The translations under genes were made by a program, and so were the position numbers. From IMG/VR virus record IMGVR_UViG_3300025118_000020, positions 1 through 52,900 of that record: 52,900 nt of DNA. The stretch is one strand, 5' to 3'. The notes under the pieces are model-generated. The model searched no databases and was not told the DNA's origin. It saw nothing but the letters and a program-made list of their open reading frames with translations. Below are positions 35,912 through 46,900 of the stretch, piece after piece. The stretch's first letter is position 1. Every line of letters starts with the position of its first letter. This stretch comes from a virus. Taxonomy: Duplodnaviria; Caudoviricetes.

Positions 35912-38900
35912 TTATGAGCATTTTAATTCTTTATCATGAAGGTGCCGAAATCTAACATTTATATCTATCTTCTTCCCAGTTTGTTTCGAAGTTATCCTTA
36001 TTTTAAACTTCAGCTTATTTTCATCATCGGGCGCCTCATTGTTCGGAACTGGCGGTGGGAAAATTGTTTTCTCTGCATCACCAAGGCGAATTTGCGCATC
36101 GGCGGCAGATGGCGGCTGACTTCCCCGGTTTGTCAAAATTACCTCATCTTGTCCAAGGGCCGGTGCAATTAATAAATATCTTTTAAAAGTGGTAGAAGAC
36201 TCCCCTTCCTTAATTTCTGGGAAATAATATGGTTTTATTCTCGGAAAAATCAAGCCATTGTCGTCAACAAGTTCCACCTCGAACACCTCGGTTGGATTCG
36301 AGGGCTTCTCGTGAACGTCGATTTCCCTGAAGGTATAATAATATTTTCTGTTGGGTCGTAGGTCGTCTTCAAAAACAGCAGTTGACAATACTCTACCACA
36401 CCCCACAGATTCCGCTGCTGAAATTCGACGATGTGGGCTTCCAAAGAAATCTCGATAAGAACTGGGAGGGGTCGTAATTCTAAAAACTTCATAAGCGGAT
36501 GCCGGGTCATCACCCTCCCAATTCAACATTTCGCCGGGATCAAGGCTCTGGCCTTCACGAATAATATTAAACCTCTCTACATCATCCGCCACCATGATAA
36601 TAGGATGGGCTTGCATACGGCCCGTCATTGACTGGAACAAGAATAACATCCGATTATTAACCCCCTTGAAGGGGATAATCTCCACACTGGGTGGCAGCGG
36701 TGGCTTGTCCACAACCAAAGTATTAAACTCAAAAAATGGAATTTCTAATATTTTTAGATGTGGAAGAACCTCCACTTCAAAGGTCGCAGCTTCTCCATCT
36801 ACGATCACGGGCGAGTCCTGTGCGAGCATATGCTCCCGCACGCCGGTGCCGAGTTCTCCGCCCATGGAGGGGGCATCCTGAGTGGGCACCGGATTAATTT
36901 CTCCCGGAGCACCCCCCGCGACGACGACGTCGCCCTGGTCTTCAATTTCCGCGCGTGCCCCCTCGGCGGTGTCGTCGAGGTACTGAGAGTGGGGAGTGCC
37001 ATCGATGCCGTGAATTTGAAGATCAACCTCGGTGGTGGCGACTTCGTGGGGCTTCATATATCTATAGGATGACCCCCACACCAATTCGTATGCATAGACA
37101 ATATATTTATATCTCTTCTCGTTTACCACCTGGGTATCAATGTACTTTAACACATCAATGTGCGAGGCGTTTGGAAGAAAGATCTCTTGATCGGGGGCTG
37201 TGGAAATACTACCATTTACACGAATTTGGTGTTTGGCTATTTTATAGAATAGCGTTTCAGACTTAGCTAACTCTCCTCTCATTATTTGTGAAAAAGATCT
37301 GAATTTTTCAAACCTGTTGGCATGATCTGCTAGCTGATTGGAAAATCTTGTGATTTCATCATATCGAAGCCCAACGTTTATGAGAGGTTGCTCCGGGTAT
37401 CCATCATAAATATCCACAAAATTATCGGTGGAGTCGCCGCGTGCTGGGGGTGTTACCTCGTTTACAACGACTTGTCCAAAGTCTTGTGAATCGATCTCCC
37501 CCACATTATCTCCAACATTTTCAGGGTAGGCGCCTTCAAGATACTTATTAATCCACGCACTAAATTCAAAAACCTTTGTTGGCTGGTTGAGCCGGATCTC
37601 TGTGAAGGTAGTATCATCTGTAATACGATCTATGGCATATACAAAGTTTTCAGTTCCGACAATTTCGGCTCCGTTCAGATGCCATGGGCGGCCAGATATA
37701 GGAGGCAAATCTGTTCTAAAGGTATCTTTCATCAACGAATTCATTAATTGATATCTTCCCGCAAGCATATCCGCCACTCCACCAGTTCGACGATCTGTCG
37801 AGAATTCTAAATTAACATACATCGGGAAAAAAGTTTTATATGCATTGTGCCTCTGCAAAGGAAACGCGTCTGCATCAGCGGCGGTCATCCACAGTGGCTC
37901 GGCTGGGGTGAGCAGGTAGACATTTTCTATCTTTGCGCTAGAAAATAAAGTTCTTATATATTTATAATAAAAATCACGAAGGGTTCCATCATCGTCTTCA
38001 TAGAGAAATGGTTCAAATCCCTTAGCCCAATCATTGAAATAGGCGCCCCTGCTTCTTTCCCCGACCAGATCTCCATTCCTAAAAACACCCTCAACCACAG
38101 TATTGGGTATTGTACCCCCCAGGGTTAAAAAGTTTATAAAATCAGGATCGATTCGAGTTTCGTTTAGCCGTTCGGCTATAAAAATATACATGTTTGGTAG
38201 AAAAAATTCTAGATTATGGCCGCGTCCGACCGGCGCCAATCTAAAAAATTCTTTCAAAACAGATTCATATTTTTCAATATAGAAATTATATTTTGGTTCC
38301 CATCTCGCGATGCTAATATTATTAAGTCCGACATTAGGTATTTCATCCGGGAGCAGTGGGAGCGTGAGCCTGAATGAAAAATCGGAATACCACGTCTTGC
38401 CACGAATAAGGGGTTCGAGGGTTGCGTACGGATATACGCCTAGGGAGTGGCTTTCTTGCCGATCACGAAGGCGGCGAGGAGGAATTACCTTGTGGGTACC
38501 TTTTACAAATTCTTCCCAGTGGAGGGCGCTAAAACCCATATCGGTAAAATATAATTCTTTCGCCGTTAGGGTTATTTTGTCTCTGAAGTATTGTTGATAA
38601 AGAAAATCTTGGCTGGCCTGTGCATAACCATTGTGGGCAATATTTTTGCGCTCGTAGCCAGAAATAATAAATGGCGATTGACTATTTTGATTGGCTATGT
38701 CGCGGCGCCACTCTTCGGGCTCCAAGGCCTGCCAAGCGCCGGGGGCACCCAGAGGACCTGCGTGGCCAGGGCGCGCAATAATGCCACTATATCCGAGGTG
38801 TTCTTCTATAGCGAGGGCTCTCCTAGACGCATGTTGTAAAAAATGCCTTCGCAACTCAAGCTCGCCTCGACCCGATACAGACACAATATCACTTTCAACC

Positions 38901-39412
38901 CTCCCTGTCCAAAAGGATCTACAATAGAAACGGAATCTATCAGATACTTCTGAAAAATCCTCCCAAGGCCTCCCTATAAAGTCCTGGCCAAGACCGGTGT
39001 CTCCCAGGTGTTGAAACGGAGTTACTCCCTGTTCGTAATATTCTGGGGGCAGTGTTTGATAGTCGTTTTGCTCCACCACAACTATTTCTTTTCCAATTAA
39101 ATCTCCCGTAGGCCCTACGTCAACAACTTGGGGAGGTGGGGGAGCTGCGGGGTCAGTCTCATCGCCTCTGCCACCGGGTGGTGGGCAATCAGTTGCTTCG
39201 GCTCGATGTCCCTGGTCCGACCCTGCGGACGAACCCATCCCCAATCTTATGGCGGCGACGTAATCCACACCAACGATGCGGGCGCGTTGGCGGAAGTCGA
39301 AGTCGTTGCCGATGGTGACAGAGCCGCCTCCACCAGAATCTTCTGTTCCTTCTGTTTCTCGTCTTTCTCGCTCTTCACGAGCGTCAGCGGCGATCTGGTC
39401 CCAATTAGGCAT
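35912..39412 (-). CDS. Large hypothetical protein, probably structural (1166 aa)
   Basis: TGATG-coupled; two FN3-like strand patterns (YIDTQV..KRYKYIVYAY; FEDDLRPNRKYYYTFR); low-complexity GC-rich patches. Confidence 0.7.
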   Translation of the reverse strand: MPNWDQIAADAREERERRETEGTEDSGGGGSVTIGNDFDFRQRARIVGVDYVAAIRLGMGSSAGSDQGHRAEATDCPPPGGRGDETDPAAPPPPQVVDVGPTGDLIGKEIVVVEQNDYQTLPPEYYEQGVTPFQHLGDTGLGQDFIGRPWEDFSEVSDRFRFYCRSFWTGRVESDIVSVSGRGELELRRHFLQHASRRALAIEEHLGYSGIIARPGHAGPLGAPGAWQALEPEEWRRDIANQNSQSPFIISGYERKNIAHNGYAQASQDFLYQQYFRDKITLTAKELYFTDMGFSALHWEEFVKGTHKVIPPRRLRDRQESHSLGVYPYATLEPLIRGKTWYSDFSFRLTLPLLPDEIPNVGLNNISIARWEPKYNFYIEKYESVLKEFFRLAPVGRGHNLEFFLPNMYIFIAERLNETRIDPDFINFLTLGGTIPNTVVEGVFRNGDLVGERSRGAYFNDWAKGFEPFLYEDDDGTLRDFYYKYIRTLFSSAKIENVYLLTPAEPLWMTAADADAFPLQRHNAYKTFFPMYVNLEFSTDRRTGGVADMLAGRYQLMNSLMKDTFRTDLPPISGRPWHLNGAEIVGTENFVYAIDRITDDTTFTEIRLNQPTKVFEFSAWINKYLEGAYPENVGDNVGEIDSQDFGQVVVNEVTPPARGDSTDNFVDIYDGYPEQPLINVGLRYDEITRFSNQLADHANRFEKFRSFSQIMRGELAKSETLFYKIAKHQIRVNGSISTAPDQEIFLPNASHIDVLKYIDTQVVNEKRYKYIVYAYELVWGSSYRYMKPHEVATTEVDLQIHGIDGTPHSQYLDDTAEGARAEIEDQGDVVVAGGAPGEINPVPTQDAPSMGGELGTGVREHMLAQDSPVIVDGEAATFEVEVLPHLKILEIPFFEFNTLVVDKPPLPPSVEIIPFKGVNNRMLFLFQSMTGRMQAHPIIMVADDVERFNIIREGQSLDPGEMLNWEGDDPASAYEVFRITTPPSSYRDFFGSPHRRISAAESVGCGRVLSTAVFEDDLRPNRKYYYTFREIDVHEKPSNPTEVFEVELVDDNGLIFPRIKPYYFPEIKEGESSTTFKRYLLIAPALGQDEVILTNRGSQPPSAADAQIRLGDAEKTIFPPPVPNNEAPDDENKLKFKIRITSKQTGKKIDINVRFRHLHDKELKCS

Positions 39413-42400
39413 CAGTAACCGCCTCCAGTTCCAGCGCCCCTCGTCATACTTGTTGTCGCAGTCGCGGCGCGCGTTGTAGAAGCCTGTCCTGACGCGGTGG
39501 GCGCTTCATCAATCATCGCGCTTGAAACTAAAAATTCAGGTTTTATTTGACTCAGTACTCTATCCAAGTTAACCACGGGACCATCATTGGCGCCACTCGA
39601 TACGGGAGTAGAAGCACCAGGGCGCTGATATGTTGGCGGTTTAACCAAAAAGTATTTATCAAAGATGGGCAACCTTAATCCTGGAGGAGATTTTACTCCC
39701 AGCGTTGAATTTTCATAATATGATGCTCTACACAATAACTCATGACCATTAATCACAGAATTATCGAATTCTTTTTTTGTTAAGAGTTTCCATTTAGGCA
39801 TCCTAACACTTAGACTTCTATTAAATTCAATGCTTTGCTTCTGCATTAGAGATTTGGACGGAACCCCTGACATGTTTTTTGAGAAGGTTGGCATCGTTGT
39901 CATTTCAAAACCATCGAATACTTCAATTCTCACTAAGTGAAAAAAGTTAAAGAAATAAGTATAGGCCTTCAGGGGATCCTTGAGAACATCTCCCTTGTCC
40001 TGAAACACCGAAAAGTTTACAAAATTAATAAAATCACTCGCGAAAGACAGAAAAAGTGCCTTTATTTGATTTGGTAATTTACTCAACCCTACGGGAGAAA
40101 GGCTACTTTCGGTCGTGGTCTGCGAGGATGTCGGAATACAATTTAAAAAATTGTCTTCATTGTCCAAATCAAATCGCTCAAAAGAAGTCGTACTGCGGGG
40201 ATTTATGTTAGTTCCGCCTCCGCAATGTTCCTGATCCACGAGAATAAAATTATACAACAAAGCTAAAAATACCTTATCACATTCAAATTCTTCTTTTTCT
40301 GTGGTTGAATCTACTCCAAATATTTTCCTGAAGCCCTGCTCTTCAAAGGGGTTCAGCCCTCCAATCTGATTGCGAAGCGTGGACGTATCAGAGAAGAATG
40401 TTTTAAAACTTAAATTTTTAGAAAATTCTTTTGTGACCTCTTTGCCTTCGGGTCTGCTTTTTTCAGCTCTAACATATTTTTCCACCGTACAGTTTTTATT
40501 GTCCAGAATATTAACAAGGTTTTTGCTAATGGCCTGCCTTATTGCTTGATTCTGATTTGTGGGCAAGTCACTTTTTGGATTGCTCGACCCTTTTTCTATC
40601 GACCCCGCAGCAGTGGTCGCAGGAGCCTGTGTTAACGGATACCCTGGAATAAGCCTTGCTATTTTTATTTCTGAAGCTGCGTGCGCCAACTTTTTAAAAG
40701 GGTATTTCTCCCCCACAGGCAACCCGAGGCAGAGGAAAGAAAGATCTAACTTGTCCCTCACTCTCACTCGGGATGGTGAAAGAAAAGAAAACTCATAAAG
40801 TGAAAGATTGAGAAAACTTCGAATTTGTTGACTCAGCCCCGTCACGGAGGGAGTCGTTTTCCCGGTAAAGTACTTTTCTTGCTCTTGTCTAACCCGATCT
40901 CGAAATTCTGCAGCGTCGAGGGTTCTTAGTGTAGACGTTTGTCCGATATCATCAAACCCCTGATCCTTCCTCAAGAGAAAGTCATAGCCCACGTGATTCA
41001 CCACCGAAGCATCAAAACAGTCATTGGAAAAGATATGAGATATCTTAACCATATCTTTTATTGGTTCGGCAGAAGCAAGCCCGCTAGAGTGCCCACTTAA
41101 TTTATTTTTGGGAGCCGTGCCCTTTGACTGATCCGTAAGAGGCTCTGGGGCTGGGTCAACGAGTCTTGACAATTCTGTTTTTAATTTTTGCATCAGCAAG
41201 ATAACACTTTTGATGCTCTCGACAGTCGCAGTTCTTGGATCACACATTTGAACTAAAAAGGTTTTAGTTAAAGCCTTGGCATTTCCAACTGATAACATTT
41301 TGACTGCATCCACAATAACTTCAGCAGCGTGCCACCAGGGAGTATCATATACTTTATTATATTTGCGATCCATTTCTTTCACAAATTCTTTTGAAAACTT
41401 TCTTGATACAGGATCATAATTTTTAGTACCCGAGCTTGAATTCAACTTTTTATTATTTTGAATTTGTTGTTGACTGGCTATTGCATAATAATCTTCCATC
41501 GCCTTCAAGGGACCGTTCATCCGGTCCGCCTTCTTTTGAATAAAGGAATCTAAATTGTCTTCAATCTCCAACTCAACTTCGTATCTATACAGGCCTGCCG
41601 TTTCTTGGGAAACCGAATGATCCTTAACTGCCAGCATTATTATCCCAGATTTTTCTGAGCCCCTTAAGCTTAATTTTCTCATAGAATTCTGTGCTGCGTT
41701 GGTAATATTCTTATTTAGATTTCTCGAAATAATGATTAATTCTTTTTCAGTGACAGATCCATCCAGCTTGGCTCCAATCGAATTTCCATAAGGACCCCTG
41801 TCAAACGCAGAAGATTCAAATCCAAAAAATACTGTTTCATTTATATTCTGAAATCCGATAGGTTTTGGGTTTTCAATTCGCTGACGCCAAATTTTCAAAG
41901 AAAGCACATTGAAATGAGTATTAATTAGCTGAGGATATATCTCCAATAACTTTGAAAATTTTGTATTTTCAAGAACGATCTTCTTAAAATCTATTGAAAA
42001 AGTAAAATTACAATCTCCAAACTGACTTCTCGAAATCCAAATATCTGAAAACCAAGCTGTCTTATTCTTATCATCTAGGTTCTTCTTGACTTCTCGAACA
42101 AATGTTTTATTTAATTCTGGTACGAATACATTCTTTGGGATTGTTAAGTTCGTAATCAAGTCTCCATAATGAGATAAATTTCTATAATCCTTTATGGACA
42201 AATCTGGGACCTTTTCTTTTGTTAAGGACACGGATGTGTCGGTGTGCTTGGCCCCCGACATAATAACGCCATTGCCCATGGAGTGAAAACCACCCAAATA
42301 AATTTCATTGTTATCGGACCTTCTCAGCAAATAAGATTCTTGCACAACTTTTGAATTTTGAATTATTGGCTTTATTCTAACATTTCCGACCGAGGCTGCG

Positions 42401-42942
42401 GCAGTGATTATGTTTGTATTTTGATGCTCTGTCGCGCTAGAGGAGGTACCTTTAAATTCCACGTAAGAATATACAAAAAGCGATAAGTGCCCCGTGTCGA
42501 GAGAAGCCATGGGATCAAATTTAATTTGAAATGGAATATTTACCATCTCCTCCTGCCCCGATGAACCAAGAGGATAAGTTTGATAATCACCTCTTTTAAG
42601 AGTTTTTAATTTATCTCCAGGACAAACATGTAGCACCTGACACTTATCATTGAGAATTTTGTGAATCCCGATATCATTAAAGATGAATTTTGATATTCTT
42701 CCCGTGGCCGCTCGGACCAACCTGTTGTATACACCCCTATCAGAAACCAATATCGCCCTTATCCCGATTGGACGAGATTCCCACGGAGGTGGCCTTTTTC
42801 CAACCGAAACATGCTTAAGGGACAAGGTTGCATGAACATTTATCTGCCCTTCGTCAGCTTTGTCAAGAACAACATCGTCCACAAAAACATTTGGAATCAC
42901 CGCGCTATTTACGGAAGCCCTATCTATATTCAAAAAATTCAT
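39412..42942 (-). CDS. Large hypothetical protein, probably structural (1176 aa)
   Basis: Long ORF, ATGA-coupled within the baseplate cluster; no family recognised. Confidence 0.7.
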   Translation of the reverse strand: MNFLNIDRASVNSAVIPNVFVDDVVLDKADEGQINVHATLSLKHVSVGKRPPPWESRPIGIRAILVSDRGVYNRLVRAATGRISKFIFNDIGIHKILNDKCQVLHVCPGDKLKTLKRGDYQTYPLGSSGQEEMVNIPFQIKFDPMASLDTGHLSLFVYSYVEFKGTSSSATEHQNTNIITAAASVGNVRIKPIIQNSKVVQESYLLRRSDNNEIYLGGFHSMGNGVIMSGAKHTDTSVSLTKEKVPDLSIKDYRNLSHYGDLITNLTIPKNVFVPELNKTFVREVKKNLDDKNKTAWFSDIWISRSQFGDCNFTFSIDFKKIVLENTKFSKLLEIYPQLINTHFNVLSLKIWRQRIENPKPIGFQNINETVFFGFESSAFDRGPYGNSIGAKLDGSVTEKELIIISRNLNKNITNAAQNSMRKLSLRGSEKSGIIMLAVKDHSVSQETAGLYRYEVELEIEDNLDSFIQKKADRMNGPLKAMEDYYAIASQQQIQNNKKLNSSSGTKNYDPVSRKFSKEFVKEMDRKYNKVYDTPWWHAAEVIVDAVKMLSVGNAKALTKTFLVQMCDPRTATVESIKSVILLMQKLKTELSRLVDPAPEPLTDQSKGTAPKNKLSGHSSGLASAEPIKDMVKISHIFSNDCFDASVVNHVGYDFLLRKDQGFDDIGQTSTLRTLDAAEFRDRVRQEQEKYFTGKTTPSVTGLSQQIRSFLNLSLYEFSFLSPSRVRVRDKLDLSFLCLGLPVGEKYPFKKLAHAASEIKIARLIPGYPLTQAPATTAAGSIEKGSSNPKSDLPTNQNQAIRQAISKNLVNILDNKNCTVEKYVRAEKSRPEGKEVTKEFSKNLSFKTFFSDTSTLRNQIGGLNPFEEQGFRKIFGVDSTTEKEEFECDKVFLALLYNFILVDQEHCGGGTNINPRSTTSFERFDLDNEDNFLNCIPTSSQTTTESSLSPVGLSKLPNQIKALFLSFASDFINFVNFSVFQDKGDVLKDPLKAYTYFFNFFHLVRIEVFDGFEMTTMPTFSKNMSGVPSKSLMQKQSIEFNRSLSVRMPKWKLLTKKEFDNSVINGHELLCRASYYENSTLGVKSPPGLRLPIFDKYFLVKPPTYQRPGASTPVSSGANDGPVVNLDRVLSQIKPEFLVSSAMIDEAPTASGQASTTRAATATTSMTRGAGTGGGY

Positions 42943-43952
42943 TCTTCGCAGGGATCCTCATACTCTTCTTCGGGTCCATAGATATCGATTCGTTCTCGAT
43001 CTCCAGTGTCTTCGCAATCGGCAAACTTCGTAGAGAAGATACTTCTCTTCTTGCTCGATGGATCTAGAGAACAAATAATCTCATCAGCTATTCCAGAATC
43101 AGTATTTATATCCAAAAAATAATCAACACGCTCATCCGTGATCTCAGAACTATATCGAATTGATTGTGTCGTTTTTCTCTTCAACACATCGTCTTCTGTT
43201 ATTTCATAAAAAGAGGACTGCTGCTCTCCAGCAAAATCCAAAGGAAGCAGCAATTCTTCGTCGGTCCGGAGCCATTTTTCAACCTTGAACACTTCCACTT
43301 CAAAATCTTTATTTTTTGTCAAACCATTAATCTCTTCAACATCCAAGAGAATAAAATCTTTCTTTGTTCGTATGGATGTTCCATCTGGAAAAGTAAGCCC
43401 TCCGATGTTGGCTGTTCCCTCTTCTTCCCCCCCAACATTTACTATGGCCTCCTGGTCCCTATATCCACCAGGAGAATTTTCTGGGCCCTCGACCGATGTT
43501 TCATACTTAATCTCAACATTTATCTGAGGAATACTCGCCATTGGACGGTAAGAACTCATCTCAGAGAGAGCAGAACTGGATACAAAACCTTTTAAAAAAG
43601 TAATATTCCATGCGGGTGCCTGTTGATTGCCAACTTGGGCAGTTCCAAGAGGAGCATGATTCAAAAAATACTTTTCAGGGCGTGACCACAGCGAATTAGC
43701 CAGCTGGATGAAGGGTTTTGTAACACTATGAAAAACGTGCTGAGTGCGAAGCCTTACGGCCTCTTTAATCCGCCCTTCCGATTCATTTTGAAGTTCGCCC
43801 ACACTTCCCGAAGCCCAAGAAACATCATATATTACGTCATCATCAAAAAAAGCATAATATTCCGGCTTCCACTTCCCCTTGGACAATAGAGACTTGCCGT
43901 ATTGTGTTAGCTCAACATCTAAAACTTCTTCTTTTCGATTAAAAAAGGTCAT
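42939..43952 (-). CDS. Putative baseplate/tail structural protein (337 aa); N-terminus paralogous to 34841..35869
   Basis: VLDVELTQYGKSLLSKG..YYAFFDDDVIYD. Confidence 0.7.
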   Translation of the reverse strand: MTFFNRKEEVLDVELTQYGKSLLSKGKWKPEYYAFFDDDVIYDVSWASGSVGELQNESEGRIKEAVRLRTQHVFHSVTKPFIQLANSLWSRPEKYFLNHAPLGTAQVGNQQAPAWNITFLKGFVSSSALSEMSSYRPMASIPQINVEIKYETSVEGPENSPGGYRDQEAIVNVGGEEEGTANIGGLTFPDGTSIRTKKDFILLDVEEINGLTKNKDFEVEVFKVEKWLRTDEELLLPLDFAGEQQSSFYEITEDDVLKRKTTQSIRYSSEITDERVDYFLDINTDSGIADEIICSLDPSSKKRSIFSTKFADCEDTGDRERIDIYGPEEEYEDPCEE

Positions 43953-43967
43953 CTCTTTTTCCTATCA

Positions 43968-46900
43968 CTATTCCAGCAAAGTCAACTTTTTTGTTGAGGT
44001 GGTGCTTGCCTGCGCCAGTTTATTATTATCTGATGTTTTAATATTCAAGGCTTTTGTCTTCCCGCGCCCCTTTTCGTGGGGGGCTTCGATATTGATATCA
44101 GCGTCAATCTTAATTAGCTCAATCAGAGAAAAATAGTCGTAAGGCCAGTTGTAGCTATAGGGTACTCTCTTTTCAAGATCTGCTTTGTTTTGCGCAGAAA
44201 ACGCCTTAACAATTTTGGGGTCGTCGAAAGCAGAAAGAGTTTTATTCAAATAGAACTTTTCAGCTTTCTGCTTAACCTTAAACACAAGCCATCGAAGTTG
44301 CTTATCTGTGAAATCCCCACCTAGTTCTCCCGGATCTATCATGTGCGAAACGGTTGAGGTCATTATTTTAAAATCCTTCCCGGATGGAGGGGAAACATTT
44401 TGCCACATGTTAGTGAGATCGAGTCTGTTGAACTCATGTTCAAAATCGAAGATATACATAGCAAGTGGCTCTCTTTCCGCGAAGAACCTTAAAAAATCAA
44501 ACTTTGGAGGCAGAATATATTTATTCATCTTCCTAACCATGTCAATGATTGCTGGCGTAGCGGCCTGTGGTGTGTAGTCCTCCAGACCTGTGGGCACATC
44601 GGAACCCTCAAGAGCAATCATTACCATAGCTTCATAAACAGCTGATCGAGAAGGGCTGAGGCCCGATATGCGTGGCCCCTCAGAAACCAACGGCAAGAAA
44701 TGTAATTCATCGAAGTTATTTACGGTCTCAGTCTTCGAATAAAAAGGTATAGCCACAACTGCCTCGGAAACGATTGTAGAGGTTGAAGTGTTGCCTAATC
44801 GTTTTGAGAGGCCGCCGCTTGTTTGATCAAAGCCGAGGGCCGTTAATAAGCTTGCCGTTGTTGCTGTATCTACAACATCCACCGATGGGTATTCTAAATT
44901 AAGAAATAAACCACCCCTAGCAGTAGCGTTCGTAACAGAACCTTGAGGAAGTGTTCCATACTGATGCCAAATGCCCTTTGATATAGAGGCTGCGCCCGAG
45001 ACCGGCGTTGTTATTGAAACATCTGAGAAATCTAAAATCGGCGTCTCAAATCTCGGCTCAATAACCCACTGCTCACCACGATTTCCAGGTTGGTCAGTTA
45101 CAGAAATAACATTACCCTTTTGGTCTCTTGTAACAGATCTCGTATTCAAAACAGTGTCAAATTTGATAGAAGCTGATATCTGCATTGCACTGCCGTAGGC
45201 AAAGCTGCCAGTTAAAACGCCGGTGCGGTGATACGTATACGTTGCGTCCTTCAATATCTCACTCAATAGAGTGGAAGCGGACGTGGGCTTAAATGATACT
45301 CTAACTCTTCCCCTTCCATCAAAATATGATGGTGTGTAAGGGGCAGTTGAACAACAAACAACGCGGCCATGCTTTGCCGCGGTGGGGCCGCCGCCGGGAA
45401 TGAGGAAGGCCCCACTCAATTCTAACACCGGTGGTCCAAACGCCGCCTCCCTTTCATAAATTTCAATGCTCTTATCAAAAAGCGAGCTAGTGATGGAGGT
45501 GAGTGCACTTGAACTTAGCGCCACCGGTGTAAGCGAAGTTGATTGTAAAGTTGCCGTGTCCCGTGTAAGAACAATATCCATTATATATTCTTTTGAAGTT
45601 TCCAGGGCGACGCCGGCACTATCGAACTCCTTTGATCGATAAGAAGTCATCTCGCCGTCGCGCAAATAAAAATTAATTGTCTCAGCCAAGAAATTATCAA
45701 TTGCTCGCTTATATGATTCTCCAGAATAGCCCTCTATCGAAAAACTGCTTGATAAAGATGCAGATCTGTGTGGTTCAGCATCAATAAACGGAATTTTATT
45801 TGGCGATAATCCGATTGGATCCAATATCGCCTCAAACGGCAACCTGTGGGAAAAGCTTGAACTTATAAAATAGTACGGCTCTCCACTTCCTGATAGCGAT
45901 TGCCAGGATGGATATGTTCTTGCTGACGGCTGATACATCTCAGGAAAATACCCGATATCATCACCGAGGGCCATGTTCGCACTAGCTGTAACAAAACTAT
46001 TCCACGCAGCAGATGAGCTTTGAATCAGGGGGTAATCAACAGCAATGCCAGACTTAATGGTATTGTACATTATGCCAGGAGCATAAAACGGTGCCAACGC
46101 AGTTCTCCAAGAAGCATCCGATCCGCCTAGAGATACTGCCGAAGCGCACGATTGAGAAAACAAAGTTGCCAACTGTAAAGTTCTTTGGACCGGATAAAAG
46201 CCGTCCCTCGGCCTAAACTTTATAATTGACTTACACTCCAGGGTCAACCGATGATCTAGCTCTCCTTTGTACTTTTCATGATCATCGTCGATTTGTTTAA
46301 AATATCTAAGAAAATCAGAATGAGTATACAGGCTATAAAATTTATTATTTCCACCGGCAATAGACTCGGGCAAGGTTGCAGTGGGATCGGCACTTGAACT
46401 TACTTCAGCGCCGTCGATACGGAGCCAATCGTCTGGAAGGTCGGCCCCAAAGAAGTCACCATTATTTTGCTCCACATAATAATCAATATGATCACTTATT
46501 CTAAACTCTGGGACGATTGAATAGTCTTGCCCCTTTAACCTGATGAACTCGGAATAATCATCATATGTGTCGTCAAAGGGCTCATATCCAGATTGTGTGG
46601 CAGTTTCCCAAAGTGTATCGCCGGCTCCGAGAACGGCTGCGGCAGTATACTCCGGTTCTCTCCTCGCGTATAGAGCGCCGGGATTAATAAGGCTTGGGCT
46701 GCCCATGTGAAATTGAGTATACGCATTTAAAAGTTCGCCTGTGCCGTCATTCTGGTTTGTTATGCCACCCATTCCCGGGGGTCCAATAACCAATGTGTCG
46801 CCGGCAGCAAAAAGAGTTCTTGCATCCAAAGACCAGCAGCTTTCGTTAGATGGTGGGTTCGTACTCCCTTGCGAATTTGTTGCAGATGCCACATCCCTGT

